A stretch of DNA of 64,000 nt from Candidatus Kerfeldbacteria bacterium (GTDB lineage Bacteria; Patescibacteriota; Patescibacteriia; SBBC01; CAIJZX01), in the NCBI GenBank assembly GCA_963731735.1, contig CAVSWO010000002.1, positions 529 to 64,528 on the forward strand, read 5' to 3'. A program made the position numbers and the translations under genes. This document shows positions 48,498 through 57,992 of this stretch, in pieces (position 1 is the first letter of the stretch; the number at the start of each line of letters is the position of its first letter). Under the pieces are notes generated by a model. It did no database searches and was not told where the DNA came from. It saw only the letters and a program-made list of their open reading frames with translations.

Positions 48498-48604
48498 TCG
48501 GGAGGGGAAATTGTGGTCGCCGCCTCAACCCGCTCCCCTCCTTCTGCTCCCCGGGATACGGGGAGCGTTCCGCGTTAGCGGAACAGAGGGGCCGAGGAGG
48601 GGCC
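48458..48604. repeat. CCCCTCC/GGAGGGG palindromic REP-like pair downstream of DUF559
   Basis: CCCCTCC-ctaatcg-GGAGGGG plus an inverted second unit interrupted by two hairpins. Confidence 0.6.
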
Positions 48605-48663
48605 ACCGAACGTAATGCCCCCCCAACCTTCGCCCGGCCAGCATAGTTTGTGACATTACAAAA

Positions 48664-48686
48664 CGGCCCGGCTTTCGCCGGGCCGC
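48664..48686 (-). terminator. dnaK terminator
   Basis: CGGCCCGGC-GAAA-GCCGGGCCG followed by TTTT on the minus strand. Confidence 0.8.
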
Positions 48687-48694
48687 ATGATTAC

Positions 48695-50623
48695 TTATTT
48701 ACTTTCCTCTTTTCCGGCGGAGCCGGATCCGGCTTCGCCGGGCTTTTCATCCACGACTTCCCCTTCAACGGGGCCTTGTCCTGAGGCCGAACCGGAGTCG
48801 GCCGAAGGACCTCCTTGTCCACCCTGCGCCTGTTGCATGGCTGGACCAATCTTCTGAATCGCTTCGGACAGCGCCTTGGTGGCGTTTTCGATCGCCAGTT
48901 TATCGGTACCGTCTTTGACCTTTTTGAGGTCATTCATCTTGCCTTCAATATCGGCGCGCATTTCGCCCGGGACTTTGTCGCCGGCGTCTTTGAGCGCTTT
49001 TTCGGCGGTGAAGACCAGCTGTTCAGCCGCGTTCTTGGTATCAATCAATTCCTTCTTCTTGGCGTCTTCGGCCGCATGAATTTCGGCGTCCTTACGGAGT
49101 TTCTCGACTTCCGCCTTATCGAGGCCGGTTGAACCTTGAATCGTGATTGACTGCTCCTTGCCGCTGGTTTTGTCCTTGGCTTTGACGTTCAGGATGCCGT
49201 TGGCGTCAATATCGAAGGTAACTTCGATCTGCGGCGTGCCGCGCGGCGCCGGCGGAATGCCGTCCAGGATGAAGCGGCCGAGGGTTTTGTTGTCCGGTGC
49301 CATCGGGCGCTCGCCTTGCAGGACGTGAATCTCGACTTGCGGCTGGTTGTCCGCGGCGGTCGAGAAGACCTGCGACTTCGAGGTTGGAATAGTCGTATTA
49401 CGCTCGATCAGCGGGGTCATGACTTGGCCGAGGGTTTCCAGGCCGAGGGTCAACGGGGTGACGTCGAGCAGTAAGACATCTTTGACTTCACCTTGGAGTA
49501 CGCCGGCTTGGACGGCCGCCCCGAGAGCCACCACTTCGTCCGGATTGACGCTGGCGTTCGGTTCCTTGCCGAAGAATTCCTTGACGGTTTTGATCACCAG
49601 CGGCATCCGGGTCATCCCGCCGACGAGAATCACTTCGTTAATGTCGGACGGTTGGAGCCCGGCGTCGCTTAAGGCTTTCTTGGTCGGTTCGAGGGTCTTT
49701 TGGACCAGGTCGCCAACCAGGTTTTCCAGCTGGGCTCGGCTGAAGGTTTTGACTAAGTGCAGCGGACCGGCATCACCTTGGGTAATAAACGGCAAGTTGA
49801 TTTCCGTTTCCTGCGAGCTCGAGAGTTCCTGCTTGGCTTTTTCCGCGGCTTCTTTCAGGCGCTGGAGCGCCAGGTGGTCTTTCGACAAATCAATCCCCTC
49901 CTGTTTGCGGAACTCTTCAATCAGCCAGTGAATGACTAACTGGTCGAAGTCGTCGCCGCCGAGGTGCGTATCGCCATTCGTCGATTTGACTTCAACCGTG
50001 TCGGCTGAAACTTCCAATATCGAGATGTCGAAGGTTCCGCCACCCAGGTCATAGACCGCGATTTTTTCATCTTTCTTTTTGTTGAAGCCGTAGGCCAAGG
50101 CCGCGGCAGTCGGTTCGTTGATGATGCGTTTGACGTCAAATCCGGCGATCCGGCCGGCATCCTTGGTGGCTTGGCGCTGGGCATCGTCAAAATAGGCCGG
50201 CACGGTAATCACCGCTTCGGTAATTTTTTCACCCAAGCGAGCTTCGGCGTCGGCTTTGAGTTTGCCGAGGACCATGGCCGAAATTTCCTGCGGCGTGTAG
50301 TCTTTATCGCCCATGGTGACTTTGACGCCTTCGCCGGCGTGCTTGATTTCGAACGGCATGATTTTCAGGTCGCGCTGGACTTCCTCGTCGTCCCAACGGC
50401 GGCCGATCAGGCGCTTGATTGAAAACAGCGTGTTCTTCGGGTTGACCACCGCTTGGCGCTTGGCCACCTGGCCGACCAACCGTTCGTTGGTTTTTGACAG
50501 GGCCACCATCGACGGCGTGGTCCGGCTGCCTTCGGCGTTTTCAATAATTTTTGGTTCGCCACCTTCGACGACCGCCATGGCCGAGTTGGTGGTTCCGAGA
50601 TCGATTCCGAGAATTTTTGGCAT
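48695..50623 (-). CDS. dnaK: Chaperone DnaK
   Basis: [30 protein letters not shown] motifs. Confidence 0.98.
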   Translation of the reverse strand: MPKILGIDLGTTNSAMAVVEGGEPKIIENAEGSRTTPSMVALSKTNERLVGQVAKRQAVVNPKNTLFSIKRLIGRRWDDEEVQRDLKIMPFEIKHAGEGVKVTMGDKDYTPQEISAMVLGKLKADAEARLGEKITEAVITVPAYFDDAQRQATKDAGRIAGFDVKRIINEPTAAALAYGFNKKKDEKIAVYDLGGGTFDISILEVSADTVEVKSTNGDTHLGGDDFDQLVIHWLIEEFRKQEGIDLSKDHLALQRLKEAAEKAKQELSSSQETEINLPFITQGDAGPLHLVKTFSRAQLENLVGDLVQKTLEPTKKALSDAGLQPSDINEVILVGGMTRMPLVIKTVKEFFGKEPNASVNPDEVVALGAAVQAGVLQGEVKDVLLLDVTPLTLGLETLGQVMTPLIERNTTIPTSKSQVFSTAADNQPQVEIHVLQGERPMAPDNKTLGRFILDGIPPAPRGTPQIEVTFDIDANGILNVKAKDKTSGKEQSITIQGSTGLDKAEVEKLRKDAEIHAAEDAKKKELIDTKNAAEQLVFTAEKALKDAGDKVPGEMRADIEGKMNDLKKVKDGTDKLAIENATKALSEAIQKIGPAMQQAQGGQGGPSADSGSASGQGPVEGEVVDEKPGEAGSGSAGKEESK

Positions 50624-50640
50624 AATGATGAGAGAGTTAT

Positions 50641-50976
50641 TTAGCGATGTTGATGAAGGAGCCACGGCTGATCCTGATCCAGCTGTTCATGGATGCTGAG
50701 CAAGTCGTCGTCGCCGATCGGTTGATCCTGTTCCAGCATGACCACCTCTTCGGCCGACAAATCGGTTACCAGGCCTTGGGCCGTCAGACCGTTTGGATTG
50801 ACGGTCAGAATCGAGAGCAGGGCCGTACCGCAGACGCCACAATCGATGTGCGCCAGCAATTGCTGATCCTGTTCGCCCAGAATCCGCAGGCGTTGCCAAT
50901 CATAGATATTGGCGCAGCTTGGGCAGCGAACGCTCAGCCGCAGCATGTTATGGTTAAAGTTGGATGGAAGAGCCAT
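50641..50976 (-). CDS. Small CxxC...CxxC zinc-ribbon protein in the dnaK operon
   Basis: RCPSC, DCGVCG, C-terminal [13 protein letters not shown]. Confidence 0.75.
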   Translation of the reverse strand: MALPSNFNHNMLRLSVRCPSCANIYDWQRLRILGEQDQQLLAHIDCGVCGTALLSILTVNPNGLTAQGLVTDLSAEEVVMLEQDQPIGDDDLLSIHEQLDQDQPWLLHQHR

Positions 50977-51092
50977 AGGTGTTCCTCGAGTGGACCCGGG
51001 AGATTCCCCTGTGCGTAGCCAGAGCCATGCTTGGAAAAATACTTCCCGGACCCGCTTGAGGCCGCGTCGCCGGCCGGCGACGCGGCTACCCG

Positions 51093-51497
51093 TTAGTCGA
51101 CTTTGACGTCGATTTTTTTGGGTTTGGCGGCTTCGGTCTTGGGAACGCTGATTTTCAACAGGCCGTCTTTATAGGCCGCCGCGGCCCGTTCGCCGGCTAC
51201 CGATTTCGGCAGGGCTACGCTGCGGAAAAATTGGCCGTAGCGGACTTCTTTGCGGAAGTACTGCTTATCGTCGACTTCCGACTTGTGCTTGGTTTCGCCG
51301 GAGATCTTCAGGATATTGTCCTCGATCTCGATCGATACATCTTTTGGATCAATGTTCGGCAACGGGGTTTCGACAATCACGTTGTCATTATCCTCGTAGA
51401 CGTCCAGGGCCGGGGTCATGACCCGGGTCGGCAGGTCGCCCCAGGACCGTTCGAAGTCATCGAAGAGATCCATCGGTGTCCATTTGATAAGTGCCAT
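51093..51497 (-). CDS. Hsp20/alpha-crystallin small heat-shock protein
   Basis: PALDVYE, EVRYGQFFRSVALP, AYKDGLLKISVPK motifs. Confidence 0.93.
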   Translation of the reverse strand: MALIKWTPMDLFDDFERSWGDLPTRVMTPALDVYEDNDNVIVETPLPNIDPKDVSIEIEDNILKISGETKHKSEVDDKQYFRKEVRYGQFFRSVALPKSVAGERAAAAYKDGLLKISVPKTEAAKPKKIDVKVD

Positions 51498-51540
51498 GCG
51501 TTTGTCTCCTTATTACTTAATACGATTGGAAGCCCGGTTA

Positions 51541-52005
51541 TTATTCAGCCACCGTGACTTGGGCTGGTTCCAGCACGCGATCATCGGCCAGCCAGCCGAG
51601 TTTGACCGTGGCCACGATTGCGCCGCTCGGCTGCCCCTCAGCTTTGACCTTCGAAACGGCATGGTGCCGGTTTGGGTCGAAGGTCTCGCCGGGCTGCGGA
51701 TCAATCGCGGTCAGGCCAACGTTGGTTAAAATGTCAGCGAATTGTTTGGCAATATGGTGAAAACCTTTGACCCATTCCTGCTGTTGCTGGTCGGCTGGGA
51801 CATGATCCCAGGCCCGCTTGAGGTTGTCATAGACCGGCAGGAACTGCATGACCGCGGCGGCTTGGGAAAATTTGGCCAACTCAGACTTTTCCTTGTCCGT
51901 CTGCTTTTTGAGATTCAGGTAATCGGCTTTGGCGCGTTTCCAGCCGTCCAAGTGCGCTTGGACTTGCTGCTGGAGGTGTTCGATCTCGGCTTGTTGATCA
52001 GTCAT
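51541..52005 (-). CDS. grpE: Nucleotide exchange factor GrpE
   Basis: RAKADYLNLKK, LPVYDNLKRA, FDPNRHHAV, PAQVTV motifs. Confidence 0.93.
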   Translation of the reverse strand: MTDQQAEIEHLQQQVQAHLDGWKRAKADYLNLKKQTDKEKSELAKFSQAAAVMQFLPVYDNLKRAWDHVPADQQQQEWVKGFHHIAKQFADILTNVGLTAIDPQPGETFDPNRHHAVSKVKAEGQPSGAIVATVKLGWLADDRVLEPAQVTVAE

Positions 52006-52007
52006 AG

Positions 52008-52718
52008 TTAGACGGTTTGTAGCAATGATTGGGTAAAGCGGACCAGGGCGACATTATTCGGATAGTCTTGGCGCATCGGGCCGATGATGCCGAACAATCC
52101 TTCGCGTTTTGACCGCAGACGATAGCGGGCGATGATGGTACCGCAGATGGCGCTAAACGGATTTTCCTTGCCGATCCAGACGGTGACGTCCTGGCCAACT
52201 TTCGGATAGATCCGCCCGACCACGTCATCAAGATGGTCAATCACCTGGGTGAGATTTTGCATTAGATCAATATGCTCGAATTCCGGATGTTGAAAGAGAT
52301 TGGAAACCCCGGTGTAAAACGTGTCGTTTTTGTCAAAGGCGACCAGCACCGATTCTTCCGCCATTTCGGCCATGGCCTTGGCCAGGTGGCGCAGGAGTTC
52401 ATCCGGATGCGCGCCGTATTGGTCGATCAGTTGCTTGAGAGCGGTTTGCTGGGTTTTTGGCAGTGGCCGATCCGGCAGATCACGATCCAGATACCAGCGC
52501 CAGGCGCTTTCGGTCGGCACTCGGCCGGCGGATGTGTGCGGTTGCTGCAGCATGCCCGCTTCAGTCAGCGCCGCCATGTCATTCCGGACCGTGGCGGGTG
52601 AGACATCCAGGCCGGGTTGGTCCACCAATTGCCCAGAACTGACCGGCTTAGCCGTCATAACGTACTGGTTGATGATGGTGCCCAGCAGGGCTTCTTGGCG
52701 TGGGGTAATTGGAGGCAT
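52008..52718 (-). CDS. hrcA: Heat-inducible transcription repressor HrcA (short form)
   Basis: PVSS, SPATVRNDMA, QPHTSAGRVPT, GIIGPMRQDY motifs. Confidence 0.92.
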   Translation of the reverse strand: MPPITPRQEALLGTIINQYVMTAKPVSSGQLVDQPGLDVSPATVRNDMAALTEAGMLQQPHTSAGRVPTESAWRWYLDRDLPDRPLPKTQQTALKQLIDQYGAHPDELLRHLAKAMAEMAEESVLVAFDKNDTFYTGVSNLFQHPEFEHIDLMQNLTQVIDHLDDVVGRIYPKVGQDVTVWIGKENPFSAICGTIIARYRLRSKREGLFGIIGPMRQDYPNNVALVRFTQSLLQTV

Positions 52719-52759
52719 ACGGGCGGTTTCCAGTCCGGCGCCAGCGGCACCAACCTGGA

Positions 52760-52819
52760 TTAGCAGTCTACCATAGAGAGTGCTAATTTGAGTATACCCC
52801 CGCTCTTTTTTCGCGTCAA
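52760..52819 (-). promoter_or_regulatory. hrcA promoter and CIRCE operator
   Basis: TTGACG-17-TATACT followed by TTAGCACTC-N9-GACTGCTAA (52786-52760). Confidence 0.92.
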
Positions 52820-52872
52820 ATCCCCTAGCCTGCGCCGGCTGGGGAAAGAAAAACCCCACCAAGGGTGAGGTT

Positions 52873-53385
52873 TTAGGGTTCCTGGTCCTCGCGGGGAGGC
52901 CAGTATTGGTGAATCGTGTGATATAGAATGAGCACAGATTCCGGGTAGGACAGCAGCTTGTAGTGAATCGGCACCCAGTAGGAATACTGGTTGTCGGTAT
53001 ATTGGATCAGCCCGGCCGCCGGTGAACTCGGCAACCGTCCCTGACAGACCATCCAGGAAGGCACCTCCTCCCCAAACAGCTGCGCCGCCCGGGCGTTGAT
53101 TTCTTCAGCCAGTCGGTCGAAGGCATCGGCCTCATCCAGTTTCGGCGATAGACAATGGTCGTCCGCGTACAGTTCGCCGTGCCGGCAGATTTCGGCCGTC
53201 ACGAAATACAGAATCTTCAAGCGGTGTGCCGACCGACTCAGGATGTGTTGGATGCCTTCATGACTGTGTCCAGCCATGACCAGGACGCCATCCCAGAGGG
53301 CGTCATAGACGTACCGGATTAAGGCTCGCTCAGAAGGGCGGCAAGCCAGGCGTGGCAGATCACGCTTCCATGACGTGAATTTCAT
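52873..53385 (-). CDS. Hypothetical protein
   Basis: GGAGGAG SD before MKFTSWK; the upstream extension overlaps pgeF. Confidence 0.6.
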   Translation of the reverse strand: MKFTSWKRDLPRLACRPSERALIRYVYDALWDGVLVMAGHSHEGIQHILSRSAHRLKILYFVTAEICRHGELYADDHCLSPKLDEADAFDRLAEEINARAAQLFGEEVPSWMVCQGRLPSSPAAGLIQYTDNQYSYWVPIHYKLLSYPESVLILYHTIHQYWPPREDQEP

Positions 53386-53419
53386 GTGACTACGCTCCTC
53401 CCGGAGGGTGTGGGAGTGA

Positions 53420-54115
53420 CTACGTCCGGAGTTTGATCCAGCCGACCTGGACTTCCGGGGAAGCGGGACGGTCCCGCCGGTACGAGAACAATTCGGGCGT
53501 TTCGTAAGTACACCGCAGATCGAGATCAATCCGTTCACGGTGCACGCCCCGATCAAGCAACTGCTTGATGGCGATCTGGCGTAAATCCAAGTAGGCGCGA
53601 TCACCGATGACCTGGATTGCCTCCGGCCAAGCCTCGAACGGAACGGCTTGGGCTGGTTCGACCGGGTAATGGCGCTGACAGATTGCGGGGCTGATGCCGA
53701 CCTGCAAATCGCTCGGCCGCGAACCGAAGGCACTGGCCAAGCTGACCACCATTTGTTCCGGCATCCGTTCAGCCAGACCTTTGCGGCCGGCGTGGCCGAG
53801 CCCGATGGCATGGGTAGCGGGATCGTAGAAATACAGCAGCAAACAATCGGCCGCCGTCATGGCCAGCGTGATGCCAGTCTGTTCCGTGACCAGTCCGTCG
53901 ACCCCATCGAGAAACTTTCCGCCGTCCACCATTCCAACCAGGGCGACGGTCGAATTGTGGGCCAAACCGGCCTGGACGAGTTGATTGGCTGGCAAGCCCT
54001 GGGCCTGCAAATACTGCTGGCGATTCTCCCAACCGCTGGAACGCGACATGCTGCCGTCGGCCTTGGCGGAAAAACCGTAATCCAACGTCTCAGTTGGCAA
54101 GGTACGAAAACGCAT
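53420..54115 (-). CDS. pgeF: YfiH/PgeF (laccase-domain, purine nucleoside phosphorylase-like) protein
   Basis: DGLVT, AADC, HAGRKG, ISPAIC, CT, FSYRR motifs. Confidence 0.88.
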   Translation of the reverse strand: MRFRTLPTETLDYGFSAKADGSMSRSSGWENRQQYLQAQGLPANQLVQAGLAHNSTVALVGMVDGGKFLDGVDGLVTEQTGITLAMTAADCLLLYFYDPATHAIGLGHAGRKGLAERMPEQMVVSLASAFGSRPSDLQVGISPAICQRHYPVEPAQAVPFEAWPEAIQVIGDRAYLDLRQIAIKQLLDRGVHRERIDLDLRCTYETPELFSYRRDRPASPEVQVGWIKLRT

Positions 54116-54273
54116 GGGATTCCTCCGCGGTAGGGTTGTCTGATCGTGCATGCTTGGTCGGAGTATATGATGAATTTTTGCCAGCAGTCAACTAGTTGAT
54201 TGACAGGGCGGGGACCTTAGGCTACAGTCAGCCTGCCCTTTCTCATTTGTTTCCCTTCACCCAGGAGCTGTCA

Positions 54274-54522
54274 ATGCACCTCCGTATTTCTGCCCGACAG
54301 GTCCGTGAATTTATTCTGGGCCTGTTGGGGTTTGGTCTGCTGGCGCTGCTCTACTGGCTCACCAAGGACACCTTGGTAACACAGCTGATCATGCTGATTG
54401 CCATCGCGGTCTTCCTGGGCATGCTCTTGTTCATTGTCGTCAGTGCAATCTTCATCGTCATGACTTTCCTGTTTGAGAAGTGGCGGCACTTCAGGGAAGG
54501 AAAAACTTCCCTTTCCGACTGA
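54274..54522 (+). CDS. Small membrane protein
   Basis: TTGACA promoter, AGGAG SD, two TM segments. Confidence 0.6.
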   Translation: MHLRISARQVREFILGLLGFGLLALLYWLTKDTLVTQLIMLIAIAVFLGMLLFIVVSAIFIVMTFLFEKWRHFREGKTSLSD

Positions 54523-54567
54523 ACGAGATAGACGCCCTCGGCGATCAAAACGAACGACCTAGAACCC

Positions 54568-55704
54568 CTAGGTCGTCTTTTTTTGAATCTGCTGATAGAC
54601 CGCTTCAATCTGATCGGTAACGGTCGGCCAGGCATACTTTTTGGCGGTCGCCATTCCGGCCTGTCCCATGCTGGCCCGCCGGGCTGGATCTTTGGCCAAA
54701 TCGGTCAGCGCCCGGGCCAGGTGGCGCGCGTTTTTGGCGGGCACCAGTAAGCCCTGCTTGCCGGGTTCGACGATCCAACGATAGCCGTCGATATCGGAGG
54801 CCACCACCGGTGTGCCACAGGCCATAGCTTCAAGCAAGACGATGCCAAAACTTTCATTGCCGGTCGCCGGCGAACAATAAATGTCGGCCGTTCGATAGTA
54901 GCGCGGTAATTCATCCGGCGAGACGTATCCGGCGAATTCGACCCGATGCCGCAGGGTCAGCGGCACATACGCATCGTAGTATTTTTGCATCCAGCCGGTC
55001 CCGACCACAATGATCCGGTAGCTATCCCCTAACTCGGCCTCCAACCACGGCAAGGCCAGCAACAAAAACTTGGCGCCTTTGCGGGGGTCCATCCGCCCGA
55101 CGAATAAAATATTGGTTTTGCCGTCTTGATACTGCTCCAGCGGCGGCACCTGCGGCGAGAATCGCTGCGTATCAATGCCATTGGGAATAATCGTCATCGG
55201 TACCTGCGGGAAGTAATGGTGCACGAATTCTTCGGCCGCCGGCGAGACCGCGATGTGAGCCTGGATTTTCCTGATGGCGTCCGCGAACACCGGACGAAAA
55301 ATACGCGGCACATATTCGCCGGCGCTGCCGTTGAACTGTCGGGCGCTGTGATAGGTTCCGACCTTGGGGGTGCGCATGGATTTACTGGCGATCAGCGGCA
55401 AGCCGGGGTCGAGCGGACTTTGAACATGAACGACATCAAATTGTTCTTCGGTTTCAACCCGCTGCAATAATTTGCCAAGTTTCCATCCCAAGGTTAAGGA
55501 AATGTTGGCGCCGTTACTCATCAATGGCACCTGAAAGCCATGGCGCAAGACGCGCAATCCACGATCATCCGGCTGTTTGGTGCCGCCGGTGATGACCGTC
55601 ACCTGATGACCACGCCGTTGCAACTCCTGGCCCAGATGCCAAACATGCTCGGTCACTCCGCCGAGGACCGGATAATAGGCTTGGGTTACGAGGGCGATGT
55701 TCAT
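54568..55704 (-). CDS. GT4 glycosyltransferase, PimA-like
   Basis: GGVTEHV, FVGRMDPRKG, ESFGIVLLEAMA motifs. Confidence 0.9.
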   Translation of the reverse strand: MNIALVTQAYYPVLGGVTEHVWHLGQELQRRGHQVTVITGGTKQPDDRGLRVLRHGFQVPLMSNGANISLTLGWKLGKLLQRVETEEQFDVVHVQSPLDPGLPLIASKSMRTPKVGTYHSARQFNGSAGEYVPRIFRPVFADAIRKIQAHIAVSPAAEEFVHHYFPQVPMTIIPNGIDTQRFSPQVPPLEQYQDGKTNILFVGRMDPRKGAKFLLLALPWLEAELGDSYRIIVVGTGWMQKYYDAYVPLTLRHRVEFAGYVSPDELPRYYRTADIYCSPATGNESFGIVLLEAMACGTPVVASDIDGYRWIVEPGKQGLLVPAKNARHLARALTDLAKDPARRASMGQAGMATAKKYAWPTVTDQIEAVYQQIQKKTT

Positions 55705-55825
55705 CCCGTTGAAGGTTATCGGTGCTGAGTTAGCAAGCAAAACATGGTGGCGGAATCCATTCTAGCACAAATAGCCAACCGGTACTCGTGACGCTCGCAC
55801 CGGACGGCTGGTCGGCTGCTTTGGG

Positions 55826-56377
55826 TTAGAACGTCAAGTCGAATCGGTCGCCGCTGTCGCCGAATATTACTTGCAGGTCGGTGGCCGCGGTTGGCAGACT
55901 AAATTTCATGTAACCGCGATCGCCACTGACCGTATTGCTCGCGACTTTCAAACTGCTGAGGTTAGCGTTGCCGGCGCTTGAGTGCAGGACGACTAAGCCC
56001 GACAAGCCGTTCTGCACGGCCAAGACTTGATTGCTTTCGACCGCGTCAAAATAGACGACCACAAACGATTGGCCGTCGGCTGCGTCTTTGCCTTCAAACG
56101 AGGTGAGTTTTGATGCGCTCGAAAAGTGCAAGGGAACATCGGCCACGGTCACCGTTTCATCAAGCGTATGGTCACCCTTGAATTCTGTCTGCAGGGCGAG
56201 GTTGGTTGGTGCGGCATTGGTGTTGGTGGTCGCGTTTGTATTTTGGTTGGTATTCTCAGTGTTACTCTTGCCCGATACATAGCTCGAAACGGTGTCCTGA
56301 TTAAAATACCAAACCACCCCGGCCGCGATCAGGACCACGAGTAGGACTCCGAGGAGGATCAACATTCGACGATTCAT
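55826..56377 (-). CDS. Membrane-anchored protein with an Asn/Thr linker
   Basis: N-terminal TM, NTNQNTN linker, beta-rich domain. Confidence 0.7.
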   Translation of the reverse strand: MNRRMLILLGVLLVVLIAAGVVWYFNQDTVSSYVSGKSNTENTNQNTNATTNTNAAPTNLALQTEFKGDHTLDETVTVADVPLHFSSASKLTSFEGKDAADGQSFVVVYFDAVESNQVLAVQNGLSGLVVLHSSAGNANLSSLKVASNTVSGDRGYMKFSLPTAATDLQVIFGDSGDRFDLTF

Positions 56378-56502
56378 AGCTGTGGATAGTATAGCAAATT
56401 CTCTGACAGTTGGTAATCCGGCGCCCTTGACTTCGGGCAGGTCTGTGATAACCTCCAGTCCGCCATTCCGCCGTTCATTTGACCTTTTCAGGGAGGAATT
56501 CG

Positions 56503-57120
56503 ATGGTTACCTCACCGGCTGTACCCGCCTATCCAGCGATTGGACGTCAGGAGTTCATGGAGTATTTGGAAAGCTTTTTCAGCCCCCGCCAGATGATCAA
56601 GGTCCGGGCGGCCTACGAATTTTCCAAAGCTGGCCACAAGGGTCAGCAGCGGGATGATGGAACTCGGTACTTCGAACACCTAAAGGCAGTCACCTGGATC
56701 GTCATTCATGAGCTCGGTTTCGTGCACCTGGCCACCACCATCACGGCCCTGCTCCACGACATCGTCGAGGATCAACATATCCTAACGCCCGAAAGCATCG
56801 AAATGTTTTTCGGGCTCGAAGCGGCGGTCAACGTCAACCTGTTGACCAAGCATGACGGCGATTCGACCGCCGAGTATCTGTCTCGCATGAAGCGTTCCGG
56901 TCGCTGGCGCGTGATGGTTGTCAAATTGGCCGATCGGCTGCAAAACCTTCGCTCACTCAACGCCTGCAAACCGAGCAAACGCGCTCGGACTATACAGGAA
57001 ACAATTGAACTTTATGGTCCGTTGGCCGAACACCTAACGGACATTGCGCCGCGCAAGTATCGACCGCTGGCGCTAAGTATCCAGCGACTTCTCGAGGATG
57101 AACTCGAGCAACTCCGTTAA
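56503..57120 (+). CDS. HD-domain small alarmone ((p)ppGpp) hydrolase-like protein
   Basis: HKGQQRDDG..YFEH, ALLHDIVED, VKLADRLQN motifs; GGGAGG SD; terminator at 57127-57156. Confidence 0.88.
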   Translation: MVTSPAVPAYPAIGRQEFMEYLESFFSPRQMIKVRAAYEFSKAGHKGQQRDDGTRYFEHLKAVTWIVIHELGFVHLATTITALLHDIVEDQHILTPESIEMFFGLEAAVNVNLLTKHDGDSTAEYLSRMKRSGRWRVMVVKLADRLQNLRSLNACKPSKRARTIQETIELYGPLAEHLTDIAPRKYRPLALSIQRLLEDELEQLR

Positions 57121-57211
57121 AACATTCCCCCATTGCCATGCAGTGGGGGTTTTCTTTGGTACTCCACTCCGGACGATCTTCGAACTTGGTATCTGACGAA
57201 AACGGAGTATT

Positions 57212-57979
57212 TCAGGCTGCCAGATCTTTACCAGGGCCATTCATCTTAAGGTGCTTGGAGTTTGCTTCCTTTACTTCCCTGTCGTACTTATCACACAACT
57301 CCTCGAATTCTCGAAAGTGGCCATTGTCTTTTCTTAGGGCTTGCAGCGTAAGTGTACTATTCGGGTATTGATCTTTAACAGTGTTGGAAACCAGTGACCT
57401 GAGAAGTGATCCTCCAAGAAACAGACTACGCTCTGGCTCCGGTAGCAATATCATTGAGTTAAAGAAAACAGCATCTACAACTGCCAGTTCCACTCCTAAG
57501 TTAACGGTTCGTGGGTTTGAATGGGCGTCACCAGATCCATACCTTAGGTGGTGCAAGTATTTTCCACTATTATCGCCAAACCAGTGGGCAACCCCGGTGA
57601 TTTCAGGTTCTCCAAAAACCGAATTATATTGTTGTGCCTCGACTAAAAGCTTCTGAATATTATAGCCAAACTCGTTCTTTGCTTCTGTAAATGCAGTTTC
57701 GGACTTACGTTTCACAGTAATAAAAAATTTCAATGATTTTTCCAGTACTTCGATCATCATTTTGTACATTGTGGGAGCTGTGGCATTGGGCTCTGTGTAA
57801 GCAAGAAGCCTTAGTGCAATATAATCTGAATCACACTGCATCCTAAGCGGCGCTGCAAATCCAAACCAGTTCTCTTCGTGTGGCTGCTGTTTTATACTTC
57901 TTGTCATGTAATCAATGCGGCCGTCTTGTTTGAACTCAGCCCTGACCAAGAGAATCAAGTTATAATCGACTAATGTCAT
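57212..57979 (-). CDS. Low-GC protein with a HEPN-like pattern
   Basis: DYIALRLL, EVLEKSLK, GYNIQKL, LRYG pattern; AT-rich codon usage; real start MTLVDY. Confidence 0.55.
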   Translation of the reverse strand: MTLVDYNLILLVRAEFKQDGRIDYMTRSIKQQPHEENWFGFAAPLRMQCDSDYIALRLLAYTEPNATAPTMYKMMIEVLEKSLKFFITVKRKSETAFTEAKNEFGYNIQKLLVEAQQYNSVFGEPEITGVAHWFGDNSGKYLHHLRYGSGDAHSNPRTVNLGVELAVVDAVFFNSMILLPEPERSLFLGGSLLRSLVSNTVKDQYPNSTLTLQALRKDNGHFREFEELCDKYDREVKEANSKHLKMNGPGKDLAA

Positions 57980-57992
57980 TATGTGTAGGTAT

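Larger units (their letters stand above)
45085..48640. repeat. Five direct repeats CCCCAACCTYCGCCCGGCC separating gene cassettes
   Basis: Copies at about 45085-45124, 46667-46695, 47144-47180, 47976-48014 and 48614-48640. Confidence 0.85.

Noticed and set aside
45085-48640. CRISPR array interpretation of the five repeats
   Set aside because: The intervals are 0.5-1.6 kb and contain whole genes; no cas genes are present.
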